Shown here in pieces: positions 30,776 to 40,804 of a DNA stretch of 64,000 nt. The notes beneath the pieces were generated by a model. That model did not search any database and was not told the origin of the DNA. It saw only the letters and a program-made list of their open reading frames with translations. How positions within the stretch are numbered: position 1 is the first letter of the stretch; each line of letters starts with the position of its first letter. The DNA is from an uncultured Actinomycetes bacterium (lineage in GTDB: Bacteria; SZUA-79; Acidulodesulfobacterales; Acidulodesulfobacteraceae): assembly GCA_964631685.1 (NCBI GenBank), contig CAZVZU010000001.1:192001-256000 (forward strand), written 5' to 3'. The position numbers were made by a program, and so were the translations under genes.

Positions 30776-31891
30776 ATGCAAAAACATAAAAGTAGAGGGT
30801 ACATCTTTTATTTAAAAGTCCTGCTATTTCTCATAACCATTGTGACAAGCATATGTTTGGGATCGGCTTACGGCATAGAGCTCCCATTGCCGGATATTAG
30901 CACTATTTCATCTCAAATTCAATCGGTAGAAACTGCAGCCGGAGGAGCTTTCTCTGCATTACAGAGTCTAGCGGGAACGTTAGGCTATGCCCCTGGTGCT
31001 TCGGGCGGGCCTTTTTTTAATCCTGGACCGGGATTGTCGGAGGCCATGGCTACTGCGGATAACTTAATGGCAGATGCATCAAAAATGCAGGAAGCATACC
31101 AAAATGTCATAATTAATTATGACAAATTGGATCACTTAATTAATTCGGTTAAAAATGCTACGAATAATATAAACGATTTAAACCGTAGTATAAACAAAGC
31201 ATTTAAACAAATTCCGCAGGAATTAACTGGGAGCGACGTCTCGGTATCCAAATTTCAAGATTTTATTTCAGATATTAATACCGAAAGTATGGCATTTCAA
31301 AACCTTAAGGATATTAATAATCATCCTCAAAACTTTGTTTCTGGAACTTCAGGTGCTGGCGAAGAGATGTTGAGCAAAAAAGAGCTCGAAAGAGAGTCGC
31401 AAGGCTTTAGTATGGACACTATTTACAACTCAATCGGAAATAAGGGACATATAAATCAAATTGTAAACTGCGCATCCTATGATAATGGCTACTATTTAAA
31501 TAAAAATGGAAAATATACTGCCGGATGCACAGATCTTGCAGATCGATTCACGGACGATGTAGCTACGTCCAATCTCTATAGCGCAGGTCTTTCTGCAGCG
31601 AGGGCGCATAAAGCCGAGCTTGAAGGAGATAACTTTATGAAAGAAATTACAAGCGGAGCATTGAAAAATTCTACCAATTATTACACTTATCAAAGCTCTA
31701 TTTTAACAATGATAGCTGAGATGGATGCTGTAAATCTAAAAAATTTGGGTTATATTGAAAGCCAATTAAAACAATTGGAACTATCAAGATCGGCAAATGA
31801 GATTAGAAAAGAACACATAGGAGCAATTATTCTGCCCCGTAACAATAATAATGCCTTGGACATGAATTTTTATAATAAAACTACGCTTTAA
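30776..31891 (+). CDS. exported helical protein, possible VirB5/TrbJ-like subunit
   Basis: Signal peptide, coiled-coil segments, position between virB4 and virB6-like genes. Confidence 0.45.
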   Translation: MQKHKSRGYIFYLKVLLFLITIVTSICLGSAYGIELPLPDISTISSQIQSVETAAGGAFSALQSLAGTLGYAPGASGGPFFNPGPGLSEAMATADNLMADASKMQEAYQNVIINYDKLDHLINSVKNATNNINDLNRSINKAFKQIPQELTGSDVSVSKFQDFISDINTESMAFQNLKDINNHPQNFVSGTSGAGEEMLSKKELERESQGFSMDTIYNSIGNKGHINQIVNCASYDNGYYLNKNGKYTAGCTDLADRFTDDVATSNLYSAGLSAARAHKAELEGDNFMKEITSGALKNSTNYYTYQSSILTMIAEMDAVNLKNLGYIESQLKQLELSRSANEIRKEHIGAIILPRNNNNALDMNFYNKTTL

Positions 31892-31894
31892 CAG

Positions 31895-33046
31895 TTGAGG
31901 ACGGTAATGAATATAAACATATCTGGAAATAGCTTAAAATGTGGACAAATCATGTTTATTATAATTATCGTCTGCATTAGTATCGTTTTATTTGCATCCA
32001 GTAGCGTCACGGCTATGACTATACCCACTGCGAATCCTGTGGACTCCAAAGGCTCAAATTTAATTGGCACGAACGAATCCTCATTGTCCATATCCAAGCT
32101 GAGTAACGGACAAGATCTGAATATACTTTCAATAGATTCTATCCCTGCAGCACTCAGCAATAGTGTTGCAATAAGCAATTTTGTGTCGTATATGTTTTAT
32201 TTTTTGTTTTCATTAGGGGTAGTATTGTCTTTTTTTGAAGGTTACAGAGCGGAGTTGACAGATAAATCATTCAGTTATTACGGCTTGTTTTTAAAAATAG
32301 GTCTCATTTCTATAGCTTTTTTGTCTTGGAAACAGATAGGTTTTTCCAATTTTGCACAAATCATACTAACTTTTGCAGATAGAATTCAGATCTATCTTAT
32401 AAAACAAAATATCTACGGTATCGGCAAATCGGTCTCTCAGATAGTTTCATCTGTTTCCGGAAGCCTTCATAGCGTATCTATCCCTACCATATCTTCCAAT
32501 GGAACTGCATCTATTGAAGGTAGCTGGAATTTAAATCCGGTTTCATGGTTAGCGGGTGCCGTACACATAATAACGGGAACGATACTTATGGGAATGTTAT
32601 GGTTTTTATTTAATCTGCTGTATTTAATTATTCAATTATTCATGGCATTAATCCAGTTAGTAATCCTAGGGTTGTTGTTCGCAATTTGCCCAATTATACT
32701 TGGACTAGAGGCTATACCCTATATGAGAGGTGTATTCGGAAAATGGATGAAAATGTTTATCGAAGTCTCTTTTTGGGGAGCAATGGTAGCGTTGGAACAA
32801 CTTATATTTTTTACTATCCTTGGCAAAATCACGTCGATTAATATTCCGTCATCCGAAACTGGCATAGGCAACATATTAGGAATCTTTACATTTGTGGAAG
32901 CCGTAACTATTTTTATTGTAATGATCGCAATTAATGTGACCGTTCCCTACCTGGCGGGGAAATTGTTCGATGGCATAAGCGACGACGCTCATCGAAAAAT
33001 TCAATATATATCCGGCTTTATCAAGGACACTGCAAGTAGGTTGTAA
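31895..33046 (+). CDS. VirB6/TrbL-like polytopic membrane protein
   Basis: Several TM helices, large periplasmic loop, ICPIILGL...FGKWMK pattern typical of VirB6. Confidence 0.7.
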   Translation: MRTVMNINISGNSLKCGQIMFIIIIVCISIVLFASSSVTAMTIPTANPVDSKGSNLIGTNESSLSISKLSNGQDLNILSIDSIPAALSNSVAISNFVSYMFYFLFSLGVVLSFFEGYRAELTDKSFSYYGLFLKIGLISIAFLSWKQIGFSNFAQIILTFADRIQIYLIKQNIYGIGKSVSQIVSSVSGSLHSVSIPTISSNGTASIEGSWNLNPVSWLAGAVHIITGTILMGMLWFLFNLLYLIIQLFMALIQLVILGLLFAICPIILGLEAIPYMRGVFGKWMKMFIEVSFWGAMVALEQLIFFTILGKITSINIPSSETGIGNILGIFTFVEAVTIFIVMIAINVTVPYLAGKLFDGISDDAHRKIQYISGFIKDTASRL

Positions 33047-33094
33047 AAATGGATTTATAAATTTCAAAGCTGTTTAATATGATCAATAAGTTAT

Positions 33095-33757
33095 ATGAGA
33101 AATCTTTTAAATTCAAAAGATAGCGTTAAAAAAAGAAACGGCAGGCTTTTTTATGAAATATGGGGAGACCTAGAATCTCAAAATGCCACACTTAAGGTCA
33201 TAATTATAATAATGTCCTTGATCCTTATAGTTGCACTCTTTACATCGTTTTACACTTATAAAATAAACAGGGTCCCGATAGTGATAAGGGTTAATAATGC
33301 GGGCAATGCAGAGGTATTAAGAAATTTGCCATTCAATAATAGGGTAGGCATGGGTGAAATAATTTATTTTTCAAAAACATTCGTCAGGGAATTCACAGGC
33401 TTTAATTCAATAATGATAAAAACCGAGCTCTCAAGGGCGTTAAATAAGATGTCATATAGTTATGGAGAAAAAACACTCGTCATGATAGTGAAGAATAAAT
33501 TTGTTCAAAAAATGGAAAAGGCAAACATAACCTCAATAATTAAGTTTAAAAGAATAAAATTAATAAGACAAACAACAAACCATGATGAGCTAAATATATA
33601 TATCGTCAGAACTGTCATTTCTAATTCCAATTCACACGTAAAAAATAGTGTAGCTTACGAGGATAAATTAATATTAAAAAGAATAAAAAGAAGCCTTCAG
33701 TATCCATTTGGACTGGAGGTCGTTTATTTTAACAGCTTAAAACTCGGAGGAGTGTAG
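33095..33757 (+). CDS. VirB8/TrbF-like protein
   Basis: Single TM, PIVIRVNNAG.A, C-terminal YPFGLEV (NP.GL.V-like). Confidence 0.78.
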   Translation: MRNLLNSKDSVKKRNGRLFYEIWGDLESQNATLKVIIIIMSLILIVALFTSFYTYKINRVPIVIRVNNAGNAEVLRNLPFNNRVGMGEIIYFSKTFVREFTGFNSIMIKTELSRALNKMSYSYGEKTLVMIVKNKFVQKMEKANITSIIKFKRIKLIRQTTNHDELNIYIVRTVISNSNSHVKNSVAYEDKLILKRIKRSLQYPFGLEVVYFNSLKLGGV

Positions 33758-34962
33758 TGGTATGGGTAGATAACGACAACCCTCATGTCGTTAAAGAAGA
33801 GGATATGGAATATATTGATCATGGCGAGAAGGATAAGAATGCAGATCACGACGCTTATAACGCGGACCGTATCAAAAAGGATCACTTTTTCGGCAAGAGC
33901 TTTATAAATTTTTTCCGGGTTCTTCTAATTATTATAGCCTTTTTGATAGCCGCAATTTTAACATTGAAATTTATATTTTTCCGTACAATGAGCGCTAAAA
34001 ACAGTAATAACAAAATGCAAAATATTAAATCAATTAGAGATGTTACCATAAAAGACAATAAGAGATTTTCTCCATCTGTTTTTGATTACATAAGTAAAAA
34101 TAAAAACTCAGAACTTAAAAAAAAATTCAATGAAGGGACAAGTAGGGCAAATAAAGTTGATCACGGTAAAAATTCACACAACGATTATCGCGGTACATCT
34201 CATGAGTACGGCAATATATCAAGACAAATACCTTCAAAAATGATTGTGTTTCTTGAGACAAGCTATAAAAAAACAATTTTAAAAATAGAAAGAGGGGAAA
34301 CAAATAAAACCAGTACCGGTAAAACTATTCGCAATCTCACAGTAACCGGCTTAAGGCGATCGGCATTTAACAATATTGTTATTCCGGATGGAACGGTTGT
34401 TAACGCTTACACAAAGTACAAAATATTTTCCTACGATACTGGGGTTCCTATCATAGCAATATTGTTAAATAATTTTACTTATCTAGGAAAAGTAACTTTA
34501 AAAAAGGGGGATAAATTTTTTGGTACCGTAAGCGTTAAGCATTCTTTGAATAGGTTAAACATATCATTTGACAAAATTATTAAAACCAATGGCCATTCAA
34601 TTAATATAAAAGCAATCGCAATGATGCCCGATGGTTCCGGAGGTATAAAGGGTAATGTGCATTATCCTTACAATATCGGCAGTGCCATAATGTCTTTAGC
34701 TCGGGGTATTATAGGCGCGACTTCTATTTTTATAGGCGGCGGTTCAGGAACTAATTCTTCAAAACCCTATACATTTCAAAATCAGATAAGAGAAAATGTT
34801 GCCAGTAACGAACTTAATCAGGCAGAAAACGGTATTAATAGTTACGATAGCTCATATAGAAACATGGCAAGTATAACGCTCCCAAAGAATACGCCTATAA
34901 AGATTATGTTTCTAAAGCCATTGTACAAAAAAACAGATGAAAAAAATAGAGCATTCCATTAA
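33757..34962 (+). CDS. VirB10/TrbI-like protein
   Basis: Single TM, linker, IPDGTVV.A...DGSGGIKG beta domain; start overlaps the upstream stop. Confidence 0.72.
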   Translation: MVWVDNDNPHVVKEEDMEYIDHGEKDKNADHDAYNADRIKKDHFFGKSFINFFRVLLIIIAFLIAAILTLKFIFFRTMSAKNSNNKMQNIKSIRDVTIKDNKRFSPSVFDYISKNKNSELKKKFNEGTSRANKVDHGKNSHNDYRGTSHEYGNISRQIPSKMIVFLETSYKKTILKIERGETNKTSTGKTIRNLTVTGLRRSAFNNIVIPDGTVVNAYTKYKIFSYDTGVPIIAILLNNFTYLGKVTLKKGDKFFGTVSVKHSLNRLNISFDKIIKTNGHSINIKAIAMMPDGSGGIKGNVHYPYNIGSAIMSLARGIIGATSIFIGGGSGTNSSKPYTFQNQIRENVASNELNQAENGINSYDSSYRNMASITLPKNTPIKIMFLKPLYKKTDEKNRAFH

Positions 34963-35827
34963 AACACTTTGCGACGTTAAGCAATGCTTAAATTCTCAAT
35001 TCATAGAGAGGGATGACGCAGTGCATATCATTGTAATTGCCATATTATCCAAAAAACATGCGATATTAATCGGGGAACCTGGCCTTGCAAAAACAGCAAT
35101 ATTAAAGGCCTTGATTAAACATATAAGCGGTTTTAAATTGTTCGATTTCCAGATGACCCCGGGGACTAATATAAACGAACTCATGTCTGAACACACCAGT
35201 AATAAAATGGGTATTGACAACTGTGACATAGCGATTATAGATGAATTTTTTAAAGGACCGCATAGTACCCTAAACTCGTTGCTCGCAATTATGAACGAAA
35301 GGGTGATATATACCCCTGAACCCCGTAAAATTCCGTTATTAAGCCTTTTTGCCACATCTAATGAAAAACCTGATAAATCGTCTGATTTAAATCTATTACC
35401 TCTTTATGACAGATTTTTGTTCCGCAAAGAAATATTGCCAATAAGTGATAAGGATAATTTTAAAAAACTTCTACAAACAAACGATGAATATAATTTTAGA
35501 AATATAAGCTTAAGCGCAGAGGACGTGAATATCCTAATACAAAATTACAAAGATGTACATATTCCAAATGATATTTTTGATGTTTTATATTCCATAAGAG
35601 AGGGATTAAAGAATAAGCAGGTTTCTGTATCGGATAGGCGATGGAAAGAAATAATAACAATAATAAAGGTTAACGCTTTCATAAACAAAAGAAATTGTGT
35701 CTTGCCGGTAGATATTAAAGCGCTTGAATCTTCCTTATGGACTTTTTATTCCGATATTAGAGCGGTGAGAAATATTGTAAATAGAGAGCTAGTTAAATAT
35801 AGTACGCAATCTTGTCTAAAAACATAA
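34937..35827 (+). CDS. MoxR/RavA-clade AAA+ ATPase (short)
   Basis: FIERD, GEPGLAKT, IDEFFK, LNSLL.IMNER, ATSNE.P, LYDRF, SDRRW. Confidence 0.85.
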   Translation: MKKIEHSIKTLCDVKQCLNSQFIERDDAVHIIVIAILSKKHAILIGEPGLAKTAILKALIKHISGFKLFDFQMTPGTNINELMSEHTSNKMGIDNCDIAIIDEFFKGPHSTLNSLLAIMNERVIYTPEPRKIPLLSLFATSNEKPDKSSDLNLLPLYDRFLFRKEILPISDKDNFKKLLQTNDEYNFRNISLSAEDVNILIQNYKDVHIPNDIFDVLYSIREGLKNKQVSVSDRRWKEIITIIKVNAFINKRNCVLPVDIKALESSLWTFYSDIRAVRNIVNRELVKYSTQSCLKT

Positions 35828-35860
35828 ATAGATCAATATTGAACGGGAGAATGTAACATT

Positions 35861-37660
35861 TTGAGAAAAAATAATTACAGTATTGTTGTAAAGCTGTGCG
35901 TATCAATTTCATTGTTTGGTGCAGAGTTGGTTTATATCTTTATTGTATCAAGTTATTTTTCAGACAAAAATACAAAGTATTACTTTAATTATTTCAATGG
36001 CGTTCGGCTATTTTTTATTTTAGCGCCAATAGCAACATGGTTCATTTCTGCCTATACATTTTCCAATATGTTGTATAACAGGTATTTATATTTTAAGCCG
36101 GATAACAAGGATAGAATTTTTAATTTTAGAAAATTTACAAAGAAATCATGGATGATCTGGCCAAAGAATGACGATTTTAAACTTGTCATAGGCGAGATTC
36201 ATGACAGAGACGGCAAGAGGAAAGAAAAGCCGGAATGGCTGATTATGGACAAAAAGGGTCTCTATACAGGACTGATGATTTTTGGGGCGACGGGAACAGG
36301 TAAAACAAGCGCATGCGCATATCCTTTTTTTGACCAATTGGTAAATTGCAAAAAGGAGATACAAGATGAACGTATCGGAGGACTGATACTTGATATAAAA
36401 GGAGATTTCTGGAAAGAGTCAGTAAGAATACTTGAACGAAATGGAAGGAAAAATGACATCATCATAATAGAACCCGATTCCGATTGCTATTACAATCCTA
36501 TCCATCATCCAAATTTGGATTCGAAGATTATTGCCGAAAGATTATACTCGGTTTTAGAAAATATGAATTCAAACGACGGGAGACAAGATAGTTACTGGAA
36601 GGATAAATCCATAAATCTTATTTCCAATGCCATTAGTTTGATTAGGTCATGTATGGGTTATGTAACGCTTAGCGATGTTTATGAAATTATATCAGATGAA
36701 TCAGAATTGAAAGAGATGCTTGCATATACGGAAAATATATTGCAAACAAAAGAAAAATCTCCGCTGAACAGAGAGCATTCCATAGATTTAGAAGAAATAA
36801 GGCTTAATTTGTCTTATTTTACCGGAGGAGATTTTGCAGGGTTAGATGAGAGGGTCAAATCTATAATCAAAAGTGAATCAATGAGGGTTTGTTCCGATTT
36901 TATTAAGCCTGCATATAAAAGAACATTTTGCTCGCCTAGAAAGAAATTAAATTTTCCAGGTTTTCAAGATGTGATAAATAATGGAACAATAGTTATACTA
37001 AGAATGCCTGAATCTAAATATGGCATAACGGCCAAAATTATAGGCATTATGCTTAAACTCGATTATTTTAGAACAGTTCTCAATAGGGTTTACACCGCGG
37101 CCATAGACCGCAGTGTAAATGTTAAAAGACCTGTAGTTTTCATATGCGACGAATACCAAAATTATGTGACCTCCGGCGATATTGAATCAGATGCTGAATT
37201 TTTTGCAAGATGCAGACAGTCAAAGGCTATAAATATACTTCTCACGCAAAGTTATAGTTCTTTAAAGTTAAAGTTAGGGTCTGAAGAAAAGCTCAATTCA
37301 TTGCTCGGCAATATGAGATCTTCTATATGGCTTTCATTGGGCGACGATTATTCAAGAGAAAAAGCTTCAAAAATTTGCGATAAAGAATATAAGGTAAAAA
37401 TAACGGAAAATATAACGGAACAAGATGACGGGACAAGATTTAACCATTATATCGGAGGGCTCTTGTCGGACGATAACACTATATCTCAAGGAACGACAAA
37501 AACATATGAAAAAATCATGTCTTTCGATACGGATGAATTCGCCAACTTAAAACTGAATCAGGCAATTTACAGAATATGCTCAGGCGATAAGATAAACGGT
37601 CCAGGCATTGTTTATCTCCATCCTATTTATAAATCAAGGCTTAGTGGTTACTTTGATTAA
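35861..37660 (+). CDS. virD4: VirD4/TraD-like type IV coupling protein
   Basis: Two N-terminal TM helices, GATGTGKT, LDIKGD, YNP, ICDEYQNY, LTQSYS. Confidence 0.85.
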   Translation: MRKNNYSIVVKLCVSISLFGAELVYIFIVSSYFSDKNTKYYFNYFNGVRLFFILAPIATWFISAYTFSNMLYNRYLYFKPDNKDRIFNFRKFTKKSWMIWPKNDDFKLVIGEIHDRDGKRKEKPEWLIMDKKGLYTGLMIFGATGTGKTSACAYPFFDQLVNCKKEIQDERIGGLILDIKGDFWKESVRILERNGRKNDIIIIEPDSDCYYNPIHHPNLDSKIIAERLYSVLENMNSNDGRQDSYWKDKSINLISNAISLIRSCMGYVTLSDVYEIISDESELKEMLAYTENILQTKEKSPLNREHSIDLEEIRLNLSYFTGGDFAGLDERVKSIIKSESMRVCSDFIKPAYKRTFCSPRKKLNFPGFQDVINNGTIVILRMPESKYGITAKIIGIMLKLDYFRTVLNRVYTAAIDRSVNVKRPVVFICDEYQNYVTSGDIESDAEFFARCRQSKAINILLTQSYSSLKLKLGSEEKLNSLLGNMRSSIWLSLGDDYSREKASKICDKEYKVKITENITEQDDGTRFNHYIGGLLSDDNTISQGTTKTYEKIMSFDTDEFANLKLNQAIYRICSGDKINGPGIVYLHPIYKSRLSGYFD

Positions 37661-37672
37661 TTTTTAGAAAAA

Positions 37673-38020
37673 ATGGAGGATATGAAAAATATGAATAATT
37701 ATCGAAACGGTCATGATTATGAATTCGATATCGTTGAAATAATATTTCTTGTTTTTAGCGGATTATTTATCCTTTTTTATTTTACAAACCATAACTTTAA
37801 ATATTTTATCAATTCCTTTTATATGTTTATTGATTATTCTTTAAAAAATTATCCGATTGTCATAATACTCTATGTCGCAAATATCTTCTTATTTTTTATC
37901 TGTTTGCATAGTTTATATATACGCATTTTTGAAACAAGATTAACCGGTTCTAAGCTTAAGATGCACAATAAACTTGAGAGACAAAAAGAAACGGAAATAA
38001 ACGGTAAAGCGGGGGATTAA
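37673..38020 (+). CDS. small membrane protein in the T4SS operon
   Basis: Two TM helices, tightly packed between virD4-like and virB9-like genes. Confidence 0.65.
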   Translation: MEDMKNMNNYRNGHDYEFDIVEIIFLVFSGLFILFYFTNHNFKYFINSFYMFIDYSLKNYPIVIILYVANIFLFFICLHSLYIRIFETRLTGSKLKMHNKLERQKETEINGKAGD

Positions 38021-38026
38021 ATAGGC

Positions 38027-38986
38027 ATGCCAAGAACAATAAGGATTGTAGCCGTATTTTTTTTATTATTTTTGAACTTAAATTATTTTACTTGTATGGT
38101 TAGGGCAGTAAATGCCTTAAACTATTCTAGTGTTAAAAAATACAGTTTTAAAAATGGAATCGTAGTGCATAAGCTGGAAATAAAATCCGGAATTGTATAC
38201 AAATTAAATACCGCATTGGGGTATGTAAGTGTAATCACATTACCGACAATCCCCTTGGATGTTGCAGTCGGGGATAGCTCCGCATTTTCAGAACAAGTTG
38301 TTGGCAAACAAATATTCATTAAACCGATAACATATAACATCAAAGCAACAAGTAATCTCGAAATTTTTACCAAATTTGGACTTATAAATATCCTCCTTAG
38401 GATAAAAAACGCTAAGCTTGTGACATACAATCTGAACCTCGCAAATACATTAAGGAATGTATTCGTGAAAAATTATATAAAAAACAGAATAGATCGCCTA
38501 AAGACCAAACTATTTCGAGAATACAACAATAAATTGGCATTGCTGAAGAAGAGAAACTTACGTATTGAAAAAGAAAAACAAGATGTTGTAAATTTAATAC
38601 TTTTAATAAATAAGCATAAAATAAACAAAACATATAGAAAAAACGGTCTGGCACTGACTGTTGTCTCTATAAGCCGCATTAAAACATTTTATTATTTAAG
38701 GTATACGATAACCAACAACAATAATATACCGTTTTTTGTCAGAAATGTATATCTATACAAAGAAACTGGCGGCAGTTTTTTAAACGGTTACAACCCTGAT
38801 TCAATACGGGAAATTTACTTAATAAACCACACGCCACATAATGTTAAGTACATGTCTTACAAAATAGTAAAAAATGTAATGATTTTTAAAGAACCAAAAC
38901 TTGGAGCGGGAGATAATCTTAAACTATCTGTCCATTTGCTTCTTAATGGAAAATTAATCAGATTAAGGGTTGATAAAATATTATAA
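38027..38986 (+). CDS. VirB9/TraK-like periplasmic core protein
   Basis: Signal peptide; YKLNTALGYVSVITLP...GD...IFIKP...SNL.I.T N-domain; coiled coil; beta-rich C-domain. Confidence 0.6.
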   Translation: MPRTIRIVAVFFLLFLNLNYFTCMVRAVNALNYSSVKKYSFKNGIVVHKLEIKSGIVYKLNTALGYVSVITLPTIPLDVAVGDSSAFSEQVVGKQIFIKPITYNIKATSNLEIFTKFGLINILLRIKNAKLVTYNLNLANTLRNVFVKNYIKNRIDRLKTKLFREYNNKLALLKKRNLRIEKEKQDVVNLILLINKHKINKTYRKNGLALTVVSISRIKTFYYLRYTITNNNNIPFFVRNVYLYKETGGSFLNGYNPDSIREIYLINHTPHNVKYMSYKIVKNVMIFKEPKLGAGDNLKLSVHLLLNGKLIRLRVDKIL

Positions 38987-39011
38987 TAAATAATAAATTA
39001 ATGGTCTATAT

Positions 39012-39680
39012 ATGAATAAATTTAAATATATATCAATATGTTTTGTAAGTATTATATCAATTTTATCTATGTTGTCAGGATGCGCATCAAATACTCCATT
39101 GTTGCGCCGGAGCGAAACTAATCTGTTTTTAAGCAACAATAAATCCATAAATAAAGTTGATAAATTAAAAACAAGGGTATTAGAAATTTCCATGAGGCTT
39201 AATAGTGTCCCCAATCAAACAATCAACAGACTACTATTAAAAGCCGCTGATAAAATAAAAAGAGAAATAGAGCATCATCTTAATCCTTATCCTATTGATC
39301 ATAGATCAAAATCACTGGTTGGAAATAATTATGCAATTCCAATAAATAAAACGATCAAGGGCGCAAATGAAAAATTTGAGCTAAAAATAAAATCTATAAA
39401 TATAGAAAAGATATTTTGTGTGATTGATTTTTCCATTGAAAATTTATCTGCATACGATGTAGCGTACCATCTTATATTGACTAATAGGCTAAACGACAAA
39501 AAGAAACTCACGCCTTTTAAATCCAATCTAAATGGGGAAAATTATTCAAAACTCAATTCGTTGACCCGGATTGATGGGAGCATAATATTCTTAATGATGA
39601 AAGATTTATCCGGCATGAGATTTATTGTGTCCATAAAAACCCGCAAAAATAAGCTGTATAGACTAATGTATAATTTTTAA
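39012..39680 (+). CDS. lipoprotein, last gene of the T4SS operon
   Basis: Lipobox LSGC after a hydrophobic stretch. Confidence 0.7.
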   Translation: MNKFKYISICFVSIISILSMLSGCASNTPLLRRSETNLFLSNNKSINKVDKLKTRVLEISMRLNSVPNQTINRLLLKAADKIKREIEHHLNPYPIDHRSKSLVGNNYAIPINKTIKGANEKFELKIKSINIEKIFCVIDFSIENLSAYDVAYHLILTNRLNDKKKLTPFKSNLNGENYSKLNSLTRIDGSIIFLMMKDLSGMRFIVSIKTRKNKLYRLMYNF

Positions 39681-39738
39681 AAAACAAACCCGGCACGGCA
39701 ATATATTATAACTCCAACCTATCAGAATTATATAAAAT

Positions 39739-39767
39739 TTGACAAAATTTGACTATTTTATTAAAAT
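39739..39767 (+). promoter_or_regulatory. sigma70 promoter
   Basis: TTGACA-N17-TAAAAT; overlaps the tandem repeat aaaatttgac x2 (39734-39753). Confidence 0.75.
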
Positions 39768-39825
39768 CTACTGAATAATGATTAATTTATCTTCATTGAA
39801 CTGTCAATAGAGAGGTTAAAGACAT

Positions 39826-40572
39826 ATGAATATTGATAAAAAAAGGAGTTTGGCATCCTTGTTTATACTTACAGCGATTGTACTTGGTGTTTTGTTTTTT
39901 AATCCTATCCTAATCAAAGGGGCTTTTGCCTCTTCTTACAATAGGGTTTGTAGCGGCGTTTATGCATCTAATCCTATTATTTACGGATTATATTTAAAGG
40001 CTAGGAATAAACCTATCAGTAAGAGTGACATCAAGACATATATAAAAATTGTAGATCCTGCCCTATACATGCACGATAGACACAATCCGTTCTTATGGCA
40101 TAAACTATATTTTAAGGATAAGGCAAAGCTTAGTAAACTTATGAATTTTATAGACTCCGTTAAATACTTTAAGGAAAATATAAGGGCAAGTATTAGTGAT
40201 TACAACTTTAAAAAATATGGATTTTATCTGACGTATCACATGTCGGATAGGGTTATAGAAAATGGTATGCAAACTTATAGGGACATTAATTTTGTTAAGG
40301 TTATACACGGCAATATCTACTATTTATTTCATAACTTAACTATTGTCCATAAAAATGCCGGAAATCTAAACTTTCTTGAGATACCGGAAGATAAAGCAGA
40401 AAGCTTCATTAATAAAAGGACAGGGACCTTCGGGGTTATTAGAAAATCAGTATTTTTGGAGTATTATTTCATACCCTTAAAGGCAAAAAATAATATTTTG
40501 ACCGTGAAAGCGGTATGTGTGAAGGTTTATAATAATAAGCATAAGAATTTATTGATTGGGATTATTAAATAG
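39826..40572 (+). CDS. exported basic protein of unknown function
   Basis: GAGAGG RBS, signal peptide ending AFA, NPF and SDYNF...GF motifs. Confidence 0.7.
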   Translation: MNIDKKRSLASLFILTAIVLGVLFFNPILIKGAFASSYNRVCSGVYASNPIIYGLYLKARNKPISKSDIKTYIKIVDPALYMHDRHNPFLWHKLYFKDKAKLSKLMNFIDSVKYFKENIRASISDYNFKKYGFYLTYHMSDRVIENGMQTYRDINFVKVIHGNIYYLFHNLTIVHKNAGNLNFLEIPEDKAESFINKRTGTFGVIRKSVFLEYYFIPLKAKNNILTVKAVCVKVYNNKHKNLLIGIIK

Positions 40573-40594
40573 GTTATAATAATTAAGATTCATA

Positions 40595-40700
40595 TTGAGT
40601 AGGGGTGCCATAGATAGCTTGGCTGAGAGTAAGTTGTATTAATTTAGACTTGCAACCCTTTGAACCTGAATACGGGTAATGCCGGCGTAGGGAAGTGTAT
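40595..40700 (+). ncRNA. TPP riboswitch (THI element)
   Basis: AGGGGTGC...GCTGAGAG...ACCCTTTGAACCTGA...GGTAATGCCGGCGTAGGGAA conserved core, upstream of thiS/thiG. Confidence 0.95.
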
Positions 40701-40804
40701 ATAAAGCGTTGCGTTAGTGTATCTACCGCCATTGGTTTGGTTTGTAATTACAGTCTTTCCTTCCTCTACTACCGAGCTGTTCTGTTGGGATATTTTTTAA
40801 ATTT

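Noticed and set aside
25041..40572. T4SS as an ICE integrated at tRNA-Ser or tRNA-Sec
   Set aside because: Both tRNA 3' ends point away from the locus, housekeeping rfaE2 intervenes, and no duplicated tRNA end or integrase was seen
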